Positions 29,446-38,447 of a stretch of 64,000 bases of DNA are shown one piece after another. Under the pieces are notes generated by a model. The model had not been told where the DNA came from. It did not search any database and saw only the letters and a list, made by a program, of their open reading frames with translations. Source of the DNA: an uncultured Chloroflexia bacterium (GTDB taxonomy: Bacteria; Chloroflexota; Limnocylindria; Limnocylindrales; CSP1-4); NCBI GenBank assembly GCA_963749705.1, contig CAVVNQ010000002.1, forward strand, positions 64,001 through 128,000. Direction: 5' to 3'. Position numbers and translations under genes: made by a program. Position 1 is the stretch's first letter. Each line of letters starts with the position of its first letter.

Positions 29446-30369
29446 GTGTCGGACCCGCGGCCCATCGGCGTGTTCGATTCCGGTGTCGGCGGCCTGACCG
29501 TCCTGCGCGAGATCGTGCGGCGCTCGCCGCACGAATCGACGATCTACCTGGGTGACAACGCGCGGGCGCCGTACGGGATCCGGAGCGATTCCGAGGTCCG
29601 GGAGTTCTCCATGCAGGCGCTCGACGAGCTCGCCGCCCGCGACGTCAAGGCGCTCGTGGTGGCCTGCAACACCTCCACGGCGGTCGCCCTGCCGGACCTG
29701 CGAGCCCGGTACGACCTGCCGGTCCTGGGCGTGGTCCGGCCCGGCGCCTCGGCGGCCGCGCTCGCCACGCGCAACCGGCGGGTGGGGGTCATCGCGACCC
29801 CGGCGACCGTCCGGTCCCACGCCTATTTCAACGCGATCAAGGACGAGAACCCTGCCGTCGAGGTCTACGAGCACGCGACACCCCGGTTCGTCCCGATGGT
29901 CGAGGCCGGCATGCTCGCCGGCCCCGAGCTCGACGCCGCGGTCCGCGAAAGCCTGGCCCCGCTGCTGGGCGAGCGCGACGGCGCGGGCGAGTTCGTGTTC
30001 CCGCGGCCGCCGTCGGCCAAGATCGACACGCTGCTGCTCGGGTGCACGCACTACCCGCTGCTCCGGACGATGCTCGGCGCTGCCGTCGGCGACGGGGTGG
30101 CGATCGTCGATTCGGCGACCGCCACGGCCTCGTCGCTGGCCGAGCTGCTGTCGGTCAACGGCCTCGAGGCGCCGGGCACGACGCGCGGCACCGCCGCCGA
30201 CCCCGGCGCGGCCGGTCACTCGCGACCCGCCGAGGTGTACGGGGACCCGCCCACGCACGTCCAGCTGACGACCGGTGACGTCGAGCGCTTCCGGGCGATC
30301 GCGTCGCGCATGTTCGGCGATGCGTTCCCCGAGATCGAGACGGTCGTCCTCGCGGGGACCTCCCGATGA
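29446..30369 (+). CDS. murI: Glutamate racemase
   Basis: FDSGVGGLTV, PYG, VACNT and LGCTHYP. Confidence 0.97.
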   Translation: MSDPRPIGVFDSGVGGLTVLREIVRRSPHESTIYLGDNARAPYGIRSDSEVREFSMQALDELAARDVKALVVACNTSTAVALPDLRARYDLPVLGVVRPGASAAALATRNRRVGVIATPATVRSHAYFNAIKDENPAVEVYEHATPRFVPMVEAGMLAGPELDAAVRESLAPLLGERDGAGEFVFPRPPSAKIDTLLLGCTHYPLLRTMLGAAVGDGVAIVDSATATASSLAELLSVNGLEAPGTTRGTAADPGAAGHSRPAEVYGDPPTHVQLTTGDVERFRAIASRMFGDAFPEIETVVLAGTSR

Positions 30370-31604
30370 CGAGCGACGACCGCGGCGAGCAGCGCGCCGG
30401 CAGCGGATCTCCGGATCGACGGCTGTGGCAGGCGGGCTTCCTGGCGGGGTCGGTGATCGGGGCGGCGATCACGGTGGCCGGTCGGCGCGCGGAGCGTACG
30501 GCGCGCGAGGCCGGGCTGGTGGACTGGGAGCGGGTGGAGGCGATCGCCGCCGGCCGCCTGCGCAAGGCGCCGGGTTCGCTGGGCGCCGCGGAGCTGCGCG
30601 CGGTCGAGGGTGCCTACGCCGAGGCGATGGCCAGGGTCGCGCCGGCGCTCGCGACGCACCTCGGGAGCGAGCTGCCGGGCGTGGTCGACCGGGTCGCGGT
30701 CGTCGACCGGGCCGCCTGGGTGCATGCCAACACGGCGGCGTTCGCGGGCCTGATCGGCAAGCTCGAAGGCGATCTGCTCGACCAGCTGCTGCCGCCCGGG
30801 GGCGGGCTGGGCAAGGCGGCGATCGCGCTCGCCAACCGCTGGGTCACGACGCGGCAGCTGGGGCTGCTGCTGGGGTTCATGGGGCAGCGCGTGCTCGGCC
30901 AGTACGACCTGGCGCTGCTGTCGGCCGAGACGACGCCCGGCCGGCTGCTGTTCGTGGAGGAGAACATCCGCCAGACCGCGCGCGTGCTCGACGTCCCGCT
31001 CGCGCCGTTCCGAACGTGGATCGCGCTCCACGAGACCACCCACGCGTTCGAGTTCGAGGCGCACCCCTGGCTGCGACCGTACCTCGCCGAGCGACTCGAG
31101 CGTCAGCTGACCATGTTCTCGCGCGACACGTCGTCGCTCGGTCGGGACGCGCTGTCGGCGATCGGATCGGCCCTGCGCGGCGACGGCCGGCGGGACGACC
31201 AGCACTGGATGGAGCGCCTGATGTCGACGGAGCAGCGGCGCCTGTTCCGCGAGACCCAGGCCGTGATGAGCCTGCTCGAGGGGTTCGGCGACCACGTGAT
31301 GGACGCGGTCGGGCGCGACCTCGTGCCCGGGGTGGAGCGGATCTCCGCACGGTTCCACGGTCGTCGCGCCCAGCGGACGCCGTTCGAGCGCGCCATGCTG
31401 CGGATCACCGGCATGGACCTCAAGATGGAGCAGTACCGCAAGGGCGAGGTGTTCGTCGCCCGCATCGAGCGTCTGGGTGGCGCGGCGGCGATGCGACGAC
31501 TGTGGGACGGCCCGGAGACGCTGCCGACGCCGGAGGAGATCGAGGAACCGGAGGCATGGGTCCGAAGGATGGGCTTTCCCGAGCCTCAGGGCGGGTCATC
31601 GTGA
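30366..31604 (+). CDS. Zinc-dependent metalloprotease (Zincin_2-like)
   Basis: VLGQYD, LHETTH (HExxH), MSLLEG, KMEQY..G and LPTPEEI. Confidence 0.85.
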   Translation: MTSDDRGEQRAGSGSPDRRLWQAGFLAGSVIGAAITVAGRRAERTAREAGLVDWERVEAIAAGRLRKAPGSLGAAELRAVEGAYAEAMARVAPALATHLGSELPGVVDRVAVVDRAAWVHANTAAFAGLIGKLEGDLLDQLLPPGGGLGKAAIALANRWVTTRQLGLLLGFMGQRVLGQYDLALLSAETTPGRLLFVEENIRQTARVLDVPLAPFRTWIALHETTHAFEFEAHPWLRPYLAERLERQLTMFSRDTSSLGRDALSAIGSALRGDGRRDDQHWMERLMSTEQRRLFRETQAVMSLLEGFGDHVMDAVGRDLVPGVERISARFHGRRAQRTPFERAMLRITGMDLKMEQYRKGEVFVARIERLGGAAAMRRLWDGPETLPTPEEIEEPEAWVRRMGFPEPQGGSS

Positions 31605-32665
31605 CGGCGCGATCCGGAGATCGCCCGGGGCCCGGCGCCGGGCCGCGCGGGATCCCGCCGGCGATCGCGCTCACGCCGATCTTCGCCGCGCGGTACCGCC
31701 CGGGCGACCTCGACGCCATCCGCGCGGCGGCACCCGGGGCGCGGCTGGTCACGATCGGCTTCGACGGCCATCCCGATGGCCCGCTCGATGACGTCGAGGT
31801 CATGCTCCGTGGCCGGCTGCCTGCCGACACCTTCGATCGGATCCTCGCCCGCGCTCCGGCACTGCGCTGGGTCCACTCGGCGTCCGCGGGCGTGGAGCGG
31901 GTGCTCACCCCGGCCAGCCGCGAGCGAGGGCTGACGATCACCAACGCGCGCGGCGTGTTCTCGCGTCCGATCGCCGAGTACGTGCTGCTGATGATCCTCG
32001 CGGTATCGCGCCGCCTGCCGGAGCTGCTGGAGCTGCAGGCGGAGCGGACCTGGCAGCCGCTCGAGGCGCGCGAGCTGCGCGACGTGACGGTCGGCATCGT
32101 CGGGCTGGGCTCGATCGGGCGGGCGGTGGGTGCCCTCGCGACGGCGTTCGGCTGCCGGGTGATCGCCACGCGACGGCGGCCCGAGGCCGGCAGCGGCACG
32201 GCCGACGCCGCAGGCGATGAGCCGTTCCTGGGTTCCATGATGCTCGACCGGGTCCTGCCGCCGGAGCGGCTTCCAGAGCTCCTCGCCGAGTCCGATTTCG
32301 TGGTCCTCGCGGCACCGCTCACCGCGGACACCCTGGGGCTCATCGACGACGACGCCATCACCCGGATGAAGCCCGGGGCGTGGGTCATCAACGTCGCCCG
32401 GGGCGAGCTGGTCGATGAGTGGGCGCTCGAGCGCGCGCTGCGCGACGGACGGCTCGGTGGTGCCGTCCTGGACACCTTCCGCGAGGAGCCGCTGCCCCCG
32501 AGCTCCGCGCTGTACGACATGCCCAACCTCATCCTCACGCCCCACACGTCCTGGTCGTCCAGCCGGGTGCTGGACCGTTCCGTGGAGCTGTTCTGCGACA
32601 ACCTGCGCCGCTACGCCGCCGGCGAGCCGCTGGTCAACGTCGTGGATCCCAACGCGGGCTACTGA
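31601..32665 (+). CDS. D-2-hydroxyacid dehydrogenase
   Basis: SAGVE, GLGSIG, NVARG, EPLP and TPH; GTGA overlap. Confidence 0.92.
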   Translation: MTARSGDRPGPGAGPRGIPPAIALTPIFAARYRPGDLDAIRAAAPGARLVTIGFDGHPDGPLDDVEVMLRGRLPADTFDRILARAPALRWVHSASAGVERVLTPASRERGLTITNARGVFSRPIAEYVLLMILAVSRRLPELLELQAERTWQPLEARELRDVTVGIVGLGSIGRAVGALATAFGCRVIATRRRPEAGSGTADAAGDEPFLGSMMLDRVLPPERLPELLAESDFVVLAAPLTADTLGLIDDDAITRMKPGAWVINVARGELVDEWALERALRDGRLGGAVLDTFREEPLPPSSALYDMPNLILTPHTSWSSSRVLDRSVELFCDNLRRYAAGEPLVNVVDPNAGY

Positions 32666-32731
32666 GGCCCGCTCCCCGGGCGATCGCCGGGCGCTCGCCG
32701 CCGCGCCCGCCGCGCCCGGTAGCATCAGGGC

Positions 32732-33835
32732 ATGCAGATCGCGATCGTCGGGCTGGCCGGATGCGGCAAGACCACCGTGTTCAACACCCTCACCCGAGGC
32801 CATGCGGAGACGGGCGGCTACGGCGGTCTCCAGCTCAACGTCGGCGTGGTCAAGGTTCCCGACGAGCGTCTGGACCTGCTGGCGGCGGTGTTCAAGCCCA
32901 GGAAGATCGTCCATGCCGACGTGACCTACGTGGACCTTCCCGCGCCGCCCGCGTCATCCGAAGGGCATGTCGGGACCGAGGAGCTGCCGGCCGAGCACCT
33001 CGCCCGGCTGCGCGAGGCGGACGCGCTCATCCACGTGGTCCGTGCCTGGGACGACGCGGCCCATCCCCACCCGGCCGGGTCGGTGGATGCCGCCCGCGAC
33101 CTGGAGCAGCTGGACCTGGAGTTCATCCTCGCCGACCTGGCCATGGTGGACCGCCGGCTGGAGCGGCTGGCCAGCTCGGGGCGCCACGGGACGCCGGCCG
33201 AGCGCGAGGCGAACGAGCGCGAGGAGGCCGTCCTTGCCCGGCTCAAGCCCGGGCTCGAGGCGGGTCGCCCGATCCGGGACGAAGACCTGGACCCCGACGA
33301 CGAGAAGCTCCTGCGCGGCTTCCGGTTCCTGACCCAGAAGCCCGCCCTGGTCCTGCTCAACGTCGGCGAGGGGGACATTGCGGCCGCCCCGGCGCTGGTC
33401 GACGCGATCCGCTCGACCTACCAGCACCGGCACGTCATGGTCGATTCGCTGTCGGCGAAGATCGAGATGGAGCTCGGCGAGCTCGAGCCGGACGAAGCCG
33501 CGGTGTTCATGGACGAGCTCGGCATCGGCGAGTCCGGTCTCGACCGGGTGATCGCCTTGTCGTACCGGCTGGTCGGCCTGATCTCGTTCCTCACGGCGGG
33601 GCCCGACGAGGTTCGGGCCTGGCCGGTGCCGGACGGCTCGAATGCCGTCGATGCCGCCGGCGCGATCCACACCGATCTCGCCCGGGGGTTCATCCGGGCC
33701 GAGACCATCGGCTACGAGGAGCTGCTCGCGGCCGGGTCGATGGCCGAGGCGAGGAAGCACGGACGCGTGCGATCCGAGGGCAAGACCTACCGGGTCCGCG
33801 ACGGCGACGTGATCGAGATCCTGTTCAGCCGGTAG
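32732..33835 (+). CDS. ychF: YchF/Obg-like ATPase
   Basis: GKTT, VPDERL, ISFLTAG.DEVRAW, AAGAIHTD..RGFIRAE and EGKTY.V.DGD. Confidence 0.93.
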   Translation: MQIAIVGLAGCGKTTVFNTLTRGHAETGGYGGLQLNVGVVKVPDERLDLLAAVFKPRKIVHADVTYVDLPAPPASSEGHVGTEELPAEHLARLREADALIHVVRAWDDAAHPHPAGSVDAARDLEQLDLEFILADLAMVDRRLERLASSGRHGTPAEREANEREEAVLARLKPGLEAGRPIRDEDLDPDDEKLLRGFRFLTQKPALVLLNVGEGDIAAAPALVDAIRSTYQHRHVMVDSLSAKIEMELGELEPDEAAVFMDELGIGESGLDRVIALSYRLVGLISFLTAGPDEVRAWPVPDGSNAVDAAGAIHTDLARGFIRAETIGYEELLAAGSMAEARKHGRVRSEGKTYRVRDGDVIEILFSR

Positions 33836-33856
33836 GGAGCCGGCCGGGCGCGGTGG

Positions 33857-34201
33857 TCAGTTCGGGCGGCCGTCGCCCGTCTGGAGATCCGCGAGGATCT
33901 CGAGGTAGTCCACGCTGTCCTCGGGCGCATCGAGGTCGGCGAGGAAGTTCTCGTCCTCCTCGCGGGACACGTTGACCGCGGCGGACAGCCGCTCGTCCGT
34001 GATGGCGATGAACCCGTAGTCACGCTCGAGCTCGTCGGCGATCGCCTGGACCAGCGTCTCCTGCTCGAACGTGTCGATGATGCGGCGCCGGACGGACTGC
34101 ACGAGCTCGAAGAAGTCCTCGGGCTCCATCTCCTCCTCGCGGGCGAGCAGGAGATCGGCGAACACGTCGTCGTCGCCCTCGTGGAGTTCGTAGAAATGCA
34201 T
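33857..34201 (-). CDS. Small, highly acidic hypothetical protein (114 aa)
   Basis: ATG 34201 after GAGGT; TATACT -10 at 34270-34265; coding-like codon usage. Confidence 0.75.
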   Translation of the reverse strand: MHFYELHEGDDDVFADLLLAREEEMEPEDFFELVQSVRRRIIDTFEQETLVQAIADELERDYGFIAITDERLSAAVNVSREEDENFLADLDAPEDSVDYLEILADLQTGDGRPN

Positions 34202-34303
34202 GATTGGACCTCGGTCGGAAGCGGCCGCTGGGGCCGGGGCCGCGCGATCCCGCGCGGGACGGCCAGTATAGGGCGGGGCCGTTCCGGCTCCCGTGGAGGC
34301 TGA

Positions 34304-35218
34304 ATGGACGAGACGCCGTCGGTCGTGGTCGTCGGGGCGGCAAGCCGGGACCTCACCGACGACGACGAGCGCGGCTGGCGCCTCGGCGGCGGCGTCTGCT
34401 ACTCGGCGCTCGCCCTTGCCCGGCTCGGCCTGCGGGTGGGTGCGCTCGTCGTTGCAGATCCGCCTGCCGCGGCCTCGCGCGAGATCCGGATGCTGCGTGA
34501 GGCAGGCGTCCAGGTCGCGATCGTGCCCGACACCCGAGGCCCGATCTTCGTCAACATCGAGACCCCGGACGGACGGATCCAGCGAACGCCGCAGGTCTCG
34601 GATCCCGTCGATCCGGGGGCGCTGCCGCCCGCATGGCGGAGCGCCCGAGCGTGGCTGTTCGGCCCGGTCGCCGGCGAGGTCCCGGAGGGCTGGGCGTCCG
34701 TGCCGCCCCCCGATGCGCTGGTCGCGCTCGGCTGGCAGGGGCTGCTTCGCGTCCTGCGCGCGGGCGAGCCCGTCCGGCACCTGGCACCCGCGGCGTCCGA
34801 TGTCGTCCGCCGCGCAGACCTGATCGGCGTCGGGCGTGACGACGTGGATCCATCGGTCCGTCCGGGCGACCTGCTGTCGCTGATGCACCCGGGCGCGACG
34901 CTGCTGTTCACCGACGGCATCCATGGCGGGGTGGCGCTCGATGCCGGGCCGGACGGGCAGCCGACGCGCCGGCGTCCATGGCGCAGCATCCCGGCGGAAC
35001 GCTACGTGGATCCGGTCGGCGCGGGGGACACCTTCCTCGCCGGTGTGTTCGCGGCCCTCGTCGACCCGAGCCTGGTCGCGGGCTGGCCGGGCGCGGATCC
35101 GGAGCTTCGGCTGGGTGCCGCGTGCGGGTCGCTGGTCCTCGAGGGACCCGGCCTGTTCGGGGTCCCGGATCTCGGCGCGGCGCTGCGCAGGATGGGCGGC
35201 GGATCCAACCCGGACTGA
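34304..35218 (+). CDS. PfkB family carbohydrate kinase
   Basis: GG.V.Y near the N-terminus; DPVGAGDTFLAG PfkB signature. Confidence 0.85.
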   Translation: MDETPSVVVVGAASRDLTDDDERGWRLGGGVCYSALALARLGLRVGALVVADPPAAASREIRMLREAGVQVAIVPDTRGPIFVNIETPDGRIQRTPQVSDPVDPGALPPAWRSARAWLFGPVAGEVPEGWASVPPPDALVALGWQGLLRVLRAGEPVRHLAPAASDVVRRADLIGVGRDDVDPSVRPGDLLSLMHPGATLLFTDGIHGGVALDAGPDGQPTRRRPWRSIPAERYVDPVGAGDTFLAGVFAALVDPSLVAGWPGADPELRLGAACGSLVLEGPGLFGVPDLGAALRRMGGGSNPD

Positions 35219-35224
35219 GCCCGC

Positions 35225-36718
35225 TCAGTAGGCGCGCGCGAACACCGCCGTCGCTGCCGCCGGCGCACCACAGCGGACGCAGGCGGTCGAGGGTTCACCC
35301 TCGTCGAGCTCCGCGTCGAACGGGATGACGCGCAGGGTGGCGCCGGTCGTGGCCTGGACCTCACGTTCGCAGTCGGGCGAGCCGCACCAGCCGCTGACGA
35401 GGAAGCCGCCGTGCGCACCGTTCACGGCGACGAGCTCGTCCCAGCCGGAGATCCGGTGCGTGTTGGCCCGCCGGAACGCGATCGCCCGCTCCAGCAGGCG
35501 GGCCTGGATCCGTTCGAGGCGCGAGGCGACGTCGCCCGCAAGCTGATGGACCGGGACCGACGCCTTCGCGCCCGGGCCGTCCGTCGCGGGTCGCCGCTCG
35601 GCCACGACGACCGTGCCCGCCGCGACATCCCGTGGCCCGACCTCGAGCCGGACCGGGACGCCGCGCAGCTCCCAGTCGTTGAACCGGTAGCCGGGCGTCA
35701 GGTCGTCGCGCCGATCGACCCGCACCCTGATCCGCTGGTCGCCGAAGACGGCCTGTGCCCGCAGCGCGTCCTCGACCGGTGCGATGGCCGCCTCCACGAC
35801 CGCCCGCTCCTCGGTCGTTCGCCAGATGGGCACGACCACGACCTGGATCGGGGCGATGCGTGGTGGCAGCACGAGGCCGCGCTCGTCGCCGTGGACCATG
35901 ATCACCGCGCCGATCGTCCGCCACGAGAAGCCCCACGATGTCCCGAACGGGTGCCGTCGCTCGTTGTCGCGGTCGAGGAAGCGGATGTCGAACGCGCGCG
36001 CGAAGTTCGAGCCGAGGTCGTGGCTGGTGCCCATCTGCAGCGCGCGCCGGTCGCCCATCAGCGCCTCGCCGGTCAGCGTCACCTCGGCGCCCGGGAACTT
36101 CTCCGATTCGCTCTTGCGGCCCGAGATCGTCGGGATCGCGAGCCAGTCCTGCCAGATCTCGCGGTACACGCCGAGCATCCGCTCCGCTTCCTCGCGGGCC
36201 TCGGCCGCGGTGGCGTGGAACGTGTGGCCTTCCTGCCACAGGAACTCGGCCGTGCGCAGGAACGGCCGCGTGCGGAGCTCCCAGCGGACCACGTTCGCCC
36301 ACTGGTTCACGAGCACGGGCAGATCGCGATAGCTCTGGATCAGGTCGCGGTAGACGGCCCCGACCATCGCCTCCGAGGTGGGCCGGATCGCGAGGCGCTC
36401 GGCGAGCCTGTCGGCGCCGCCGTGGGTCACCCAGGCGACCTGCGGGCTGAACCCTTCGACATGCTCCGCCTCCGTCTCCAGGAGGCCCTCGGGTACGAGC
36501 AGCGGCAGGTAGATGTTCTCGTGACCCGTCTCCTTGATCCGGCGGTCGAGCGCGTCGCGGACGTGCTCCCACAGGGCGAAGCCGTACGGGCGGACGACGA
36601 TGCAGCCCCGGACGGGCGCATAGGAGGCGAGCTCGGCGTCGCGGACGACGTCGAGATACCACTGGCCGAAGTCGGCCGATCGGGATGCACGGGAATGGTT
36701 GGATGCAGGCGCGGGCAT
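35225..36718 (-). CDS. proS: Prolyl-tRNA synthetase, archaeal/eukaryote type
   Basis: EAEHVEGF, RPTSE, QWANVVRWE, EFLWQEGHT, WELRGVPVRLEVGPRD and C-terminal Zn Cys motifs ending FARAY; no INS editing domain; ATG 36718 after GAGGAG. Confidence 0.97.
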   Translation of the reverse strand: MPAPASNHSRASRSADFGQWYLDVVRDAELASYAPVRGCIVVRPYGFALWEHVRDALDRRIKETGHENIYLPLLVPEGLLETEAEHVEGFSPQVAWVTHGGADRLAERLAIRPTSEAMVGAVYRDLIQSYRDLPVLVNQWANVVRWELRTRPFLRTAEFLWQEGHTFHATAAEAREEAERMLGVYREIWQDWLAIPTISGRKSESEKFPGAEVTLTGEALMGDRRALQMGTSHDLGSNFARAFDIRFLDRDNERRHPFGTSWGFSWRTIGAVIMVHGDERGLVLPPRIAPIQVVVVPIWRTTEERAVVEAAIAPVEDALRAQAVFGDQRIRVRVDRRDDLTPGYRFNDWELRGVPVRLEVGPRDVAAGTVVVAERRPATDGPGAKASVPVHQLAGDVASRLERIQARLLERAIAFRRANTHRISGWDELVAVNGAHGGFLVSGWCGSPDCEREVQATTGATLRVIPFDAELDEGEPSTACVRCGAPAAATAVFARAY

Positions 36719-36902
36719 CGGGAGAGCTCCTCGAGTCTGGGCGATCGGGGCCAGCGGCTCTAGCCGTGTCGGCGGTGCCGACGCTGTTCGACTAGAGCCC
36801 GATCGGGGTTCGGAGGAGTCTCGGATGGCGCATGGTCGGCGCATCGTACCGCATCTGGAGCGCCTGCCCCGGGCCGCTCACCGTCACCGCGGCACGCGTC
36901 CG

Positions 36903-38447
36903 TCAGGCACGTCCGGCAGCGGTGCCCGGCGACGCCGGAGCCCCGGTCTCTACCCGGCGACGGGCCCGGCCCGCCGTCGACGCCGCGGATCGCCGCCGGA
37001 TCCGGGCACCGAGCCGCGCCGCCCGACGCACGAGGTCGGCTTCGAGCCTCGGGTGTGGACGTCCGAGCAGACGGATCCGCTCGAGCAGCCGTGCCGCGGC
37101 CCGGGTGGCGACGAGGGCCCCCACCGGGTCGTTGAGGCGGTGCTCGCGAAGCTTGGCGACCTCGATCCAGGCGATCGCTCCGAGCCCGTCACCGGCCGCC
37201 GCAGCGGTCTGCCATGCCTCGGCGGCCTCCGCCCACCGCCCCAGGCGCTTGAGCACCCGCGCTCGCTCGGCGGCCAGGCGCTCGTCCGTCCAGCGCGATG
37301 CCGCGTCCCAGCTGCCCGCGCCCGGCGACGGGCCGAGCGAGCCGCCGCGTCCATTGGCCAGCGGTCCGCGCCAGCCGCCGCGGGGTGGGGTGCCGCCGTA
37401 GTGCGGACGATGGCGCGGCATCCACCACGCGTCGCGCTCTTCCTCGAGGGCCTCCCGGACCATGGCCGGGCGGACGGGCGACAGCCCGAATGGGTTGCGG
37501 ATCGGCGCCGGCGCCGCCAGCGCGTCGTCGAGGCAGTCGAGCGCCTCCTCGTGGCGGTGCTCTCGCCCGAAGGCCCGGGCGAGCCCCGACAGGTCCCCCC
37601 GGGGCGCCCCGTGGCGCGCGGCGCGGTCGCCGAACCGGTGCTCGACATGGGCGAGCAGCAGGCCCAGCGAGCGGACGTCCTTCTCGTTGTGGACGACCAC
37701 GCCCGCGAGCAGGTCCACCGGACCGCCCCGCAGGACGTCGAGGTAGATCCCCGGGATCTCCCAGCCCTCGACATCGCCGACCCGGCTGACGCCGAGCAGC
37801 TGCTCCTCGACCGTGCGCAGGCGCGCGTCGTCCATCCGGTGACGGAACACGCGGCGCACGAACGGCAGCAGGTCCAGGTGGCCCGCGTGGGTCGGCGCGG
37901 GCTGGCCGGCCAGCCGGAAGCGTGCCTCGATCAGGGGCCAGTCGAAGCCGCGGCCGTTGTAGCTGACCAGCCACGTGTCGGGCGTGACCCAGCGGCCGAT
38001 CTCCGACAGCAGCGCCGCCTCGTCCGCATGATCCGGCAGCAGCAGCTGCGTCTGCCGGAACGCGTCGCCGTCCCAGCGAGCCAGGCCGACCAGGAACGCG
38101 AGCGTCCCGGCGGCGGTCGCGAGGCCGGTCGTCTCGGTGTCGATGCAGACCAGGGGAGCGTCGCGCGGCGGCTGGCCGGGCAGGCGGGCAAGCCGGTCAC
38201 GATCGATGGCGATGGTGACGGGCGGCACGACCCTCCGGACGAGGGTCCCGGCCGGCGTCTCGTCGACGTCCGCGCCGAGCGCCAGCGCGAGCCTGGCCGC
38301 GAGGACACGGCTGCTCCGACCCGCGAACGGCGCCCGGGCCGGGAGCTGGTCCGGACCGGCCGGTGGGCCGCTCCCGCGAGCGAGCGTCGCCCGCAGGTTC
38401 GCCAGCCGGCGCTCCCGCGTGACCGCGGTGGACGGCTCCGCCGTCAT
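36903..38447 (-). CDS. mrfB: RNase H-fold (YprB/RNase_H_2) exonuclease with helical repeats, MrfB-like
   Basis: IDTETTG, SYNGRGFD.P, HLDLL and HNEKD; coupled to a DUF1998 helicase. Confidence 0.85.
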   Translation of the reverse strand: MTAEPSTAVTRERRLANLRATLARGSGPPAGPDQLPARAPFAGRSSRVLAARLALALGADVDETPAGTLVRRVVPPVTIAIDRDRLARLPGQPPRDAPLVCIDTETTGLATAAGTLAFLVGLARWDGDAFRQTQLLLPDHADEAALLSEIGRWVTPDTWLVSYNGRGFDWPLIEARFRLAGQPAPTHAGHLDLLPFVRRVFRHRMDDARLRTVEEQLLGVSRVGDVEGWEIPGIYLDVLRGGPVDLLAGVVVHNEKDVRSLGLLLAHVEHRFGDRAARHGAPRGDLSGLARAFGREHRHEEALDCLDDALAAPAPIRNPFGLSPVRPAMVREALEEERDAWWMPRHRPHYGGTPPRGGWRGPLANGRGGSLGPSPGAGSWDAASRWTDERLAAERARVLKRLGRWAEAAEAWQTAAAAGDGLGAIAWIEVAKLREHRLNDPVGALVATRAAARLLERIRLLGRPHPRLEADLVRRAARLGARIRRRSAASTAGRARRRVETGAPASPGTAAGRA

